34,060 nucleotides of DNA from Octopus bimaculoides (lineage: Eukaryota). A model generated the notes under the pieces. The model made no database searches. It worked only from the letters and a program-made list of their open reading frames with translations, and was not told where the DNA came from. This document shows positions 9,280-18,913 of the stretch, piece by piece (position 1 is the stretch's first letter; the number at the start of each line of letters is the position of its first letter). Position numbers and translations under genes: made by a program. Location: the NCBI RefSeq assembly GCF_001194135.2, contig NC_068985.1:46868499-46902558 (forward strand), written 5' to 3'.

Positions 9280-10328
9280 NNNNNNNNNNNNNNNNNNNNN
9301 NNNNNNNNNNNNNNNNNNNNNNNNNNNNNNNNNNNNNNNNNNNNNNNNNNNNNNNNNNNNNNNNNNNNNNNNNNNNNNNNNNNNNNNNNNNNNNNNNNNN
9401 NNNNNNNNNNNNNNNNNNNNNNNNNNNNNNNNNNNNNNNNNNNNNNNNNNNNNNNNNNNNNNNNNNNNNNNNNNNNNNNNNNNNNNNNNNNNNNNNNNNN
9501 NNNNNNNNNNNNNNNNNNNNNNNNNNNNNNNNNNNNNNNNNNNNNNNNNNNNNNNNNNNNNNNNNNNNNNNNNNNNNNNNNNNNNNNNNNNNNNNNNNNN
9601 NNNNNNNNNNNNNNNNNNNNNNNNNNNNNNNNNNNNNNNNNNNNNNNNNNNNNNNNNNNNNNNNNNNNNNNNNNNNNNNNNNNNNNNNNNNNNNNNNNNN
9701 NNNNNNNNNNNNNNNNNNNNNNNNNNNNNNNNNNNNNNNNNNNNNNNNNNNNNNNNNNNNNNNNNNNNNNNNNNNNNNNNNNNNNNNNNNNNNNNNNNNN
9801 NNNNNNNNNNNNNNNNNNNNNNNNNNNNNNNNNNNNNNNNNNNNNNNNNNNNNNNNNNNNNNNNNNNNNNNNNNNNNNNNNNNNNNNNNNNNNNNNNNNN
9901 NNNNNNNNNNNNNNNNNNNNNNNNNNNNNNNNNNNNNNNNNNNNNNNNNNNNNNNNNNNNNNNNNNNNNNNNNNNNNNNNNNNNNNNNNNNNNNNNNNNN
10001 NNNNNNNNNNNNNNNNNNNNNNNNNNNNNNNNNNNNNNNNNNNNNNNNNNNNNNNNNNNNNNNNNNNNNNNNNNNNNNNNNNNNNNNNNNNNNNNNNNNN
10101 NNNNNNNNNNNNNNNNNNNNNNNNNNNNNNNNNNNNNNNNNNNNNNNNNNNNNNNNNNNNNNNNNNNNNNNNNNNNNNNNNNNNNNNNNNNNNNNNNNNN
10201 NNNNNNNNNNNNNNNNNNNNNNNNNNNNNNNNNNNNNNATATAAGTATGTGGGTGCGCACACACACACACACACACACATTATCATCCTGATTGATGCAA
10301 CACAACTAGATGCACAATACCCTACCCT

Positions 10329-10399
10329 CACGGGACAGATTCAGGATGGGTTGAAGCGGTCCTCGTGCTGAATAGAGATACGTACTAAATCCATCATCC
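10329..10399 (+). ncRNA. Candidate pseudoknotted RNA, imperfect HDV-like ribozyme topology
   Basis: Crossing pairings ATTCAG/CTGAAT and GATGGGT/ATCCATC, a TCCTCGT loop motif and CTAA before the last strand. P3 cannot be placed canonically. Confidence 0.25.
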
Positions 10400-11594
10400 G
10401 TTTTCTTTATACACACACATACAGAAACACACAATTCCATCTCTTAACACTGCATCGATTGTAATTGCTCTTTATAGGACGCTGCTGTGTAATCATAAGC
10501 AACATATGCATATATAAGAGGACTTCTCAATGCGAATATTGGAGTATGTAGATCCCTCATAATTCATCCAAGTTCAGTAGAATACAAAATATAAAGTTTG
10601 CCATTTGGGTTGATACTGCTTGCGTCGCCTGCCAACTATTTGCAACATCAGTGAATGAAAAAAAAAACTTTAACAGTTATTCTATATAACGTTGGCAGAA
10701 AGATTTGGCTTGTATATGGCAACCGAACGTCTACCACGGAAGAAGTGGATGGCGTTGAAACCACGTGATCTGTCAGTTCTGGCGTTCATGGCAGAGGATT
10801 CTCATTTGCTATGATATATGTTTGTGCTCTTAGCTCCATACATCTGTATGAGAGGAATTCCAAAGGCGAATACCACAATATCTGGTGTTCTAGTAATATA
10901 TCCACGTTTTGTAGTATATAAAGATTGCCATTCGGTATTAATATTGTTTCCTTCGCAAATATATATATGTATGTATGTATTTATATATATATGTATGCAT
11001 AAATGCATATATACATACATACATTTACACACACACACACACACAGGCACATACTCGCACATACGCACATATATCATAAATAGGAACAACATAAACAATG
11101 ATAATGATAAATGTTTGCTTTTTGCTTTCGGTGGAAAACTTACAAACATAACCGAAAGAATTAAATGTTAAAATTATTCGAACGGGTGTTGAAGAACGTA
11201 AAAATTTCCAAGCAGGTTTGAAAAAAAAAGAAAAAATCATAACAATAACAAAAACAAAACTAAACAGACAAACAAACAAAAGTCATGGTAAATCATAAAA
11301 AGTGGCTAGTAAAATATGAAGTCGTAAATGAAGGTATTAAACTCGTGAACAAATCAACTGAATAACCTATTGACCAGAGTCAAAAAAAGAGAGAGCATCT
11401 ATATCACCTTGGCAACAACAAGATATAATATCAATGAAATACAATCAACTGGAACATGGCAATCAAAATCACTCACAATACTCCAATACACGTTCACAGT
11501 CTCTCATATCAAATGTCTGGTGTCAGGATTTTGGAAAATTTTTTCTCTGCTCTTTTTTGTTTTTGTTTACCCCAATTTATTCCGAGTTATTTAT

Positions 11595-11682
11595 TGTTAC
11601 TGCTGTCATTGTTGTTGTTACTGTTGTTGTCGTTTTTGTTGTTGTTGTTCTTACTGTTATAGTCGTTTTTGCTGTTGTAGTT

Positions 11683-11717
<35 letters not shown>
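11595..11717. repeat. Degenerate (GTT)n grading into (ATT)n
   Basis: Direct reading. Confidence 0.9.
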
Positions 11718-11719
<2 letters not shown>

Positions 11720-11929
11720 GGCGGCGAGCTGGCAGAATCGTTAACATGCCGGACTAAATGCTTAGCGCTATTTCAGCCGTCGCTACATTCGGGATTCAAA
11801 TTCTGCCGAGGTCGACTTTCCTTTCATCCTTTCGGAGTCGATAAATTAAGTACCAGTCAAGTACTGGTCTCGATGTAATCGACACATTCCCCCCACAAAA
11901 ACGGTTGCCCTTGTGGAAAAATTTGAGAC

Positions 11930-11930
<1 letters not shown>
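11718..11930 (+). mobile_element. SINE family A, full length
   Basis: AAGGCGGCGAGCTGGCAGAATCG head, ATTCAAATT B-box region, AAATTTGAGACC end, then (ATT)n. Confidence 0.9.
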
Positions 11931-11975
<45 letters not shown>

Positions 11976-12498
11976 GAGTGAGAGAGCAGTGCATGCCATC
12001 AAAGTGACACTGGGGTAAAATATACGAAGCCCAACATACCCGTCATAACTACTCGTCTGATAAGGGTACACCAGGCACATGCATTATAACCATATGTGCG
12101 CGACATGATCTCATATCGAAATAATCATCGCATGACCTTGTAAATGGGGCCCAGTTACAATTTTCTTCCGGTCGACTAGCCCATCCCGCTCAAAAGGTCC
12201 CTGAATAAGGGTTGTTTAAAGATGTTGAACGAAACTCCAGAGGTGAACTATCCAAACCCCAAAGAATTCCTCTCAATACATGACTATGATACTCCCCTAC
12301 TACTTCTGCTTATGATCAGAGATGCACATATCGTCAACCGCTGATTTAGGTCAAGCATCTGACATGCAAATCTGTGGTATTGAGCAGAATATTTGCTGCA
12401 GCCCATCTTTAATACCAGGACAAAACAGTGTACATGATCACACTTCCAGTCAGTTAAGAACAGAAGTCATAAGAGCCAGTGCCTGTTACTGCTTCTGT
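11976..12498 (-). mobile_element. Unclassified ~520-bp apparently non-coding retroposon-like sequence with (AAT)n tail
   Basis: Complex, relatively GC-balanced block bounded by AAT-type repeats on both sides. Minus strand ends ...GCACTGCTCTCTCACTC-(AAT)n. No recognisable protein motif. Confidence 0.5.
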
Positions 12499-12525
12499 TA
12501 TTATTATTGTTATTGTTATTATTAT

Positions 12526-12739
12526 AAAGCGGCGAGATGGTGGAATCGTTAATACGTCGGACAATATGTTTAGCAGCATTTCGTCTCTCTTCATGTTTTG
12601 AGTTCAAATTTCACTGAGGTCGACTTTGCCTTCCATTCTCCCGCCATCATTAAAATAGGTACCCGTTGAACACTAGAGCTGATTTAATCGACTCGCTCTC
12701 TTCCCCGAACTTGCTCGGCTTTTGCGAAAATTTGAAACC
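12526..12739 (+). mobile_element. SINE family A (diverged)
   Basis: AAAGCGGCGAGATGGTGGAATCG...GAGTTCAAATTTCACTGAGGTCGACTTTGCC...AAATTTGAAACC. Confidence 0.85.
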
Positions 12740-12780
<41 letters not shown>

Positions 12781-12808
12781 TATTATTATTATTATTATCA
12801 TTATTATT

Positions 12809-13017
12809 AAAGCGGCGAGTTGATAGAAACGTTAGCACGCCGGGCGAAATGCTTAGCGGTATTTCGTCTGCCGCTACGTTCTGAGTTCAAATTTCGCCGA
12901 GGTCTTTGCCTTTCATCCCTTCGAGGTCGATTTAATAAGTACCAGTTATGCTCTGGGGTCGATATAATCGACAATGCCTTCCCCCAAATTTGAGGCCTTG
13001 TGCTTCCAGTAGAAAAG
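12809..13017 (+). mobile_element. SINE family A
   Basis: AAAGCGGCGAG...GAAACGTTAGCACGCCGGGCGAAATGCTTAGCGG...AGTAGAAAAG then (ATT)n. Confidence 0.9.
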
Positions 13018-13055
<38 letters not shown>

Positions 13056-13087
13056 CTTTATCATTATTATTATTATCATCATTACTT

Positions 13088-13300
13088 AGGTGGTTAGCTG
13101 GCAGAATCGTTAGTACGTCGGACAAAATGCTTAGTGGCATTTCGTCCTTATTTACCTCCTGATTCCAAATTCCGCCGGGGGCTATTTTGCCCTTCATCAT
13201 TTCGGGGTCGATAAAATAAGTGCCAGTTGAGCACCAGGGCCTATATAATTACCTTAACCTCTCTCCCAAAATTTCTGGCATTGTGCCAAAATTTGAAACC
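13088..13300 (+). mobile_element. SINE family A (diverged)
   Basis: AGGTGGTTAGCTGGCAGAATCG...TTCCAAATTCCGCC...AAATTTGAAACC. Confidence 0.85.
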
Positions 13301-13312
13301 ATCATTATTCTT

Positions 13313-13437
13313 AAGGCGGTGAGCAGGTACAATCATTAGGACGCCGGACAAAATACTTACGGCACGTACTGCGGTTGATGTAACCGACTAGAGTCAAACC
13401 GCCAAAATCTTAGGCCTTGCATCTATAACAGAAAGGA
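13313..13437 (+). mobile_element. SINE family A, internally deleted
   Basis: Head AAGGCGGTGAGC...GCCGGACAAAATACTTA joined directly to tail GTACTGCGGTTGATGTAACCGACT...GGCCTTG...AGAAAGG. Confidence 0.7.
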
Positions 13438-13499
13438 TAGTTGTGATTATGATGACGAAGTTAATGATGAATGTAAGCGTGATTCATGATATAGATGGC

Positions 13500-13790
13500 G
13501 ACGATGATCGTAATACTGATGTTGATGAAGATGTTGTTGATGATATGATGATGATGATGATGATAATGGTGGTGGTGTAGGTGGTGTTATCATGATCTCT
13601 ACCGACAATGTTTTTCACCTTTTTCCGTAATCTTTTTTCTTTCCTTTAAAACTTTATTTTGTTTTGTTTTCTCTTTGTTATCATTGCACTTTCACTTCCT
13701 GTTCATTTTACTACGACTTGTATTTTCCTCCTTCTACTCCTTCTACTCCTCCTCCTCCTTCTACTCCTTCTACTCCTTCTTCTCCTCCAG
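13500..13790. repeat. Degenerate (GAT)n/(GGT)n and (CTC/CTT/CTA)n trinucleotide tracts
   Basis: Direct reading at 13500-13590 and 13725-13790. Confidence 0.8.
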
Positions 13791-14299
13791 CTTTGTTTTA
13801 CTTCTTGGGTCTCAGTTCTATTATACGTTTTATTGTTGAACTTGGCGTGTTGTTGTTATCGTTCATGTTGTTGTATGTGTGCAATTGCTTCTCTTAAAGA
13901 GTTCAACATTAATGACGTGGCAATGAAACGACAGAAGTAACAAAAAAGTAAAATAAAACAAGATAAATCTTTAGAAATATAGAAGACCTCTCTCACCTCA
14001 CCAAACAACAGACTGCGCCATTTGTAGGATACACAAGAAGAACGATGCCAAGAAAATAAAGCAAAATTTTACCTTCAAATATCTAGCATTGTTAGCTTGT
14101 TGAATAACAAAATACTCATAATTTAAGACATCAGTGACATTTGACCTGTGGCAAAATTAAAGAAATATTATTGCTCTCTCTGTTGTTGTTGTGACTGTTG
14201 CTAGGTCGAATATATCTCTGACCGAGAAGACTTAACACGAAAGCTATCTCAACTGTGCTCATCACGTCTTTGTTTCAACAATAATGTTTATATACATAT

Positions 14300-14424
14300 A
14301 GGCGTAGTTATGGGCGATCGCCACGCAATTATGTGATTTCGTGTTCGTTTCCCCGCTGCACTGTAGGCCTACCATTTCCTTGTGAGTGAATTTAATAGAC
14401 GCAGTGTGTGGAACCTCATCGTGT

Positions 14425-14455
<31 letters not shown>

Positions 14456-14860
14456 CACATGGAAGCGCGCACGCACGCACACGAACAGACGTGCATTTAG
14501 ACAAACAGACGCGCGTCTGCACACACAAACACGCGTGCACACACACATACACAGAGACGGACGTTCTCTCACTCTCTCTGACACACACATATACACACAC
14601 ACACATATACACACACACACAAGCACTCACATATGTGTGCGCAACTTTGTTTCTCGCTCCAGGCCACTGTTTGACAACTGGGGTTGGTGTTTTGCTTACT
14701 TTTCCCGTAACCTTGCCGTTCGACAAAAGAGAGCGATAGGATAAGTACCGAAGTTGAAAAAAAAAAAAAAAAAAAGGAAAGACGAATGATCGATTAAACT
14801 CTTCAAGGCGGTGCTCCAGCATGACTGCAGTCAAATGACTGAGCCAAATAAAAATGTAAA
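14300..14860 (+). mobile_element. SINE family B (long type) with expanded internal (CA)n region
   Basis: CCTTGTGAGTGAATTT...AGAC central block and TTCAAGGCGGTGCTCCAGCATGACTGCAGTCAAATGACTGA tail shared with 18914-19317 and 31993-32395. Confidence 0.75.
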
Positions 14861-15391
14861 TGACAATATATTTCAGAAGTGTGTAATGTGAAAGAGAGCT
14901 ATTTGACTGTTATTTCTGGTTAACAGACTCTCATAAAGAAACTGAAAAATCTGATTGTACACTTATTACTCACACCTTTCTTGATGCTAGCAGTAACAAT
15001 TACAGTTGATGTTGAAACAAGAATTTTGTTAATGTAACTATACACTGGCCAGTCCTTAAAATTGATACGATTAATGTTTTTACGTAATTCATCAGGTGTC
15101 CAACCAGATACCCGACTATACGAGAGTATATCTATATCAATTTCGGAAAGGCAGAGTGTTATTTATGTATTTCTGTCTAATAACTAAACTGTGATACACA
15201 AGGAAGACAAGTAAATAATTCTGGCATTTATCCAGTTTTACGCTGATTGCTATTCAATGGGATTATGTTGAACGGTTTGATAATACGGCGTTTAAGTGAC
15301 TAAACAGTCACTCAGATCTGTTCGGATTATCCTAAACCCTACGTTTGCTATATCAATATGATACCTAACGTTTTAAAGTGTGTGAAAAATG

Positions 15392-15563
15392 CTCTGCGGT
15401 ATTCATTTCGGATTTTACGTTCTGAGATCAAATCCTGTCGAGGTCAATTTAATAAAGTACTAGTCCAAATAAAGTACTAATCAAGATACGGAGGTGAGGG
15501 TATTGACTAACCGTTTCATTCAAAATTACTGGCTTTGTGCTTAAATCAGAAATCATTATTATT
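15392..15563 (+). mobile_element. Degenerate SINE family A
   Basis: TTTACGTTCTGAGATCAAATCCTGTCGAGGTC...AAAATTACTGGCTTTGTGC...AGAAATC-(ATT)n. Confidence 0.6.
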
Positions 15564-15619
15564 AATATTCAGTATCGAAAGAGCGACAGACAAGATAGCA
15601 TACAATAGTCCTTCTGACT

Positions 15620-16050
15620 AAGGCGGCGAGCTGGCAGAAACGTTAGCACGCCGGGCAAAATGCTTACCAGTATTTCGTCTGCCACTACGTTCTGAGTTCA
15701 AATTCCGCCGAGGTCGGCTTTGCCTTTCTTCCTTTCAGAGTCGATAAATTAATTACCAGTTATGCACTGGGGTCTATGTAATCGACTTAACCCCTTTGTC
15801 TGTCCTTGTTTGTCCCCTCTATGTTAAGCCCTTTGTGGGCAATAAAGAAATAAGAAACGTTAGCACGTCGGGCGAAATGCTTAGCGGTATTTCCCTATCT
15901 TTACGTTCAGAGTTCAAATTCTGCTGCGGCCGACTTTGACTTTCATCCTTTCGGGGTCAATAAATTAAGCACCAGTTGCGTACTGGGGTCAATCTAATCG
16001 ACTGCCCCCCTTCCCCTCAAATTTGGTGCATTGTGCCATGAGTAGAAAAG
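15620..16050 (+). mobile_element. Dimeric SINE (15620-15853 + 15854-16050) with diverged 16-bp TSD
   Basis: Same junction (GTGGGCAATAAAGAAATAA|GAAACGTTAGCAC) as 5929-6360. Flanks AATAGTCCTTCTGACT (15604-15619) and AATATTCCTTCCGAAT (16051-16066), 13/16 identical. Confidence 0.92.
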
Positions 16051-16066
16051 AATATTCCTTCCGAAT

Positions 16067-16222
16067 TTTTACGTTCTGAGCTCAAATTCCAACCAAGTCC
16101 ACTTTATCTTTCTACCCTACGAGACCGATAAAATAAAGTACCAGCCAAAGTCTAAGGTAGATGATGCTGAGTAATCCCATCTCATCAAAACTGATGCCTT
16201 TGTATCTAATTTAATGAATAAT
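16067..16222 (+). mobile_element. Degenerate SINE family A body and tail
   Basis: TTTACGTTCTGAGCTCAAATTCC...CGATAAAATAAAGTACCAG. Confidence 0.55.
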
Positions 16223-16224
16223 AT

Positions 16225-16444
16225 TTTCCTTCGATTTCGCTTCCTTTAACAATCCCAGACGTGCATCAACTAGATACCTAGAACAGATATTGTCATGTAA
16301 TGGTGGCTTTCCGCAGCCTATTGTCGCTATAAACAAGTATAATATTAATCTAGAATCAATACATAAAGATATTGATTTTAGATTAATATAAAGATATTAA
16401 ATTACATAAATTAGAAAAAANNNNNNNNNNNNNNNNNNNNNNNN

Positions 16445-16482
<38 letters not shown>

Positions 16483-16710
16483 ATATTCAGTATTAATTAT
16501 TCGGTATTACAATGATAAAATTTATCATTCAACCACGGTAGTAGTTGGATATATTCTTAAGTCCACCATTTCGTCAATCGCAGCAGCTTCTAAGCTTCAC
16601 CACTTTGGCCTAAATAGTTTGAGATTTGATCCAGTAGAAAAAAAAGTTACATCAAAATATGTCAGACCTCAAGTGGGCAGTAAGGCAGATATTCATCTTC
16701 AACTAACATA
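16225..16710 (+). pseudogene. Possible heavily decayed LINE reverse-transcriptase fragment (RTE-like)
   Basis: FSFDFASFNN...LEQILSCNGGFPQPIVAINKY resembles DFxKAFD...L.QIL..YG.P..IV.AI..LY. The following VVVGYILKSTI is compatible with the next RT block. Weak match, spans a gap. Confidence 0.35.
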
Positions 16711-16920
16711 AATTTTTAAATTTTAAATTAAAAGTATACTTTTCTTAGGCTTAAATGATAGAAAAAATGCATGAGGAATTCAGAATTGTTCGTCGCACTG
16801 AACAAAAATTAGTAGTTATGAGGTAAAATGTTACGAAATTTAATGTCAGTAACTGAGGAAGAAGTAACGCCTAAGCAATAAGAATAAAGAATATATTTCT
16901 AAAATGGATGTTTATATTCT

Positions 16921-17335
16921 AAGGCGGCGAGCCTTCAGAAACGTTAGCGCGCCGGGCGAAATGCTTAGCGATAATTTGGCTGTCATTACGGTTTGAGTTC
17001 AAATTCCGCCGAGGTCGACTTTGATTGTTTAATTAATTATTTTAACTAAACACTTGCAAACTTCCGATATTGGTAGAATGTGTCACATAGAACAGCGTTT
17101 AATCTTAACGTTTTTGACAAAATTTTGTATTTTAGAAGCAGTATTTCGTCTGTCTTTACGTTCTGAGTTCAAATTCTGCCGAGGTCGACTTTGTCTTTCA
17201 TTCATTTCGCATCTATTCAATTAGATGTACAGATTATTTAATTAATTTTTGTTTAACTAAACACTTTCAAACTTCCAGTACTGGTAGAATGTATCACATA
17301 GAACAGGGTTTACTCTTAACGTTTTTGACAAAATT
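16921..17335 (+). repeat. Tandem pair of chimeric units (SINE A head fragment + ~100-bp AT-rich segment)
   Basis: TTTAACTAAACACTT.CAAACTTCC...GGTAGAATGT.TCACATAGAACAG.GTTTA.TCTTAACGTTTTTGACAAAATTT occurs at about 17027-17125 and 17236-17335, each preceded by a SINE B-box segment. Confidence 0.8.
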
Positions 17336-17469
17336 TATTTCGTCAGAAGATGACAATGGACAAATTCGTGTTACACGAAACTCTCAGCTTTTGACTTACT
17401 CTCTAACTTCTGCCGATGATATATATACATATTACATATATGTGTAAAAAAATCTCATCACGCAATCGA

Positions 17470-17610
17470 ACCAATGCAAGAGCCTCTACCTGGTCGCTCG
17501 ACACGCTAAAAATAGCAGCCAAATTATACCCTACCTAAATCAAACACCCATTGTAATGTAATGTCCTAGATTACCCCTCAAAAGATGGTTTGCAGGAGGC
17601 TGGAATGTCT
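17470..17610 (+). mobile_element. Probable SINE 3' fragment (different tail type)
   Basis: GAGCCTCTACCTGGTCGCTCGAC...AAATAGCAGCCAAAT resembles a repeat tail I recall from octopod DNA. No second copy here. Confidence 0.3.
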
Positions 17611-18161
17611 TTGATGATAGGTTTGCAGTATCAGGGTTGATTTGATGCTAAATAATACAACATTATGGTAAATTTCTAAATTAACACACGCATGATTTTC
17701 ACTAAGAAAAAAAAAAATCAATTTTTTTTTTCCGCGTGGAAACAAGTGCCCTGACCTCCAAATATGCTGCAAATCCCTTATTTTGGTTCGGAAAAAATGA
17801 GGTAATAATTCCCCCCAATTCATTCGTCGAATGAATTCCTGTGACCTAATATTGCAAAATTAGGTTACTTAAGTTGAGCCTGGTAACTGATGGTTTTGGG
17901 GTCTTGTTTGTAACTTTTGATGAGCCATGGTGCAATCAACAACATAGTAAAAATCCCTGCCATTAATTTGGTGTGGATGGTTAATATCAAATAATTCAAT
18001 CACAACATATATTTAAATTAAACATGAAAAAAAATTGAAATATTATCATCACTTACATGGAAAAATTGAAATATCTTTCAGTATCTTATGAGGTAAAATC
18101 TTAAATTATTAATTGACATTATTAATTATCTTATAACAGCAATGCCTGGAAAAAATCATGG

Positions 18162-18556
18162 ATTACATGGAAAAAAATACGAGCATGAAAAGTAATATTC
18201 TTAAGATTATAAACCTGGAAAATTACACGGCAAGTTATTACACCTGGAAGAGTATAGGATAAGCTATTACTTCTTGTAAAGTAAAGAATAAGAAACTTTT
18301 TACTTAAAATATTGCAGCTAAAATTAAGATTTGAATATTAAAACTTATTTTATTATAGTTATACAAATAACACTATACTTATTTAAGTAAAATGAGCTAA
18401 TTTACTAACTTAAATACAGAAAAAATAACTAATTAGACAAACTTACAAATTAGCTGAACAGCTTTGTACAATAAATTTATAAGATGAGAACTATAACTTT
18501 TCCAGGTTTATAATCTTAAGACTATTACTTTTCATGCTCGCATTTTTCCATGTAAT
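18162..18556. mobile_element. MITE/foldback-like element with ~60-bp terminal inverted repeats
   Basis: 18162-18222 ATTACATGGAAAA...CGAGCATGAAAAGTAATA.TCTTAAGATTATAAACCTGGAAAA is the near-perfect reverse complement of 18498-18556. Ends are compatible with TA|CATGG...CCATG|TA. Confidence 0.8.
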
Positions 18557-18913
18557 ATAAATATATGAGCCGTGCTGCTGAGGACGAACTTTTTAAAAAC
18601 TTCATAAATGTTGTATTTACCTGAAATGTTTGCAAGAAACTCATTTACACTTTTCTTTATGACTAAGTGCGCCAATCAAAATTGGGGTTGTTTGTATCTT
18701 TTATTTTATTTCCACATAATGCTAATTTCGATTTCTATCTTTTTCTACGTCGCAAATTTGTCATACAATTTTAGCAGATATTTTTTTCTCAGATTCTATG
18801 ACCATATCAATGAATTGGAATGTTTTATTATTAAAACCATTAATGATAATAGTCGACCGATTGATTTGTTTACAAAGTAATTTGATTTGAAACCATAAGT
18901 TAAAATAGAAGAA

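Noticed and set aside
9207-10331. Long ORFs in the supplied track (also 4305-4809, 22092-22637, 25896-26830, 27065-27947)
   Set aside because: They are open only because they run through N gaps.
11718-13437. Repeat-spacer array reminiscent of CRISPR
   Set aside because: Eukaryotic context, ~210-bp SINE units with microsatellite linkers, no cas genes.
16490-16680. Open + strand frame with acceptor and donor (LIIRYYNDK...RPQVG)
   Set aside because: Better explained as part of a decayed RT together with 16225-16375. No independent support as a host exon, though not fully excluded.
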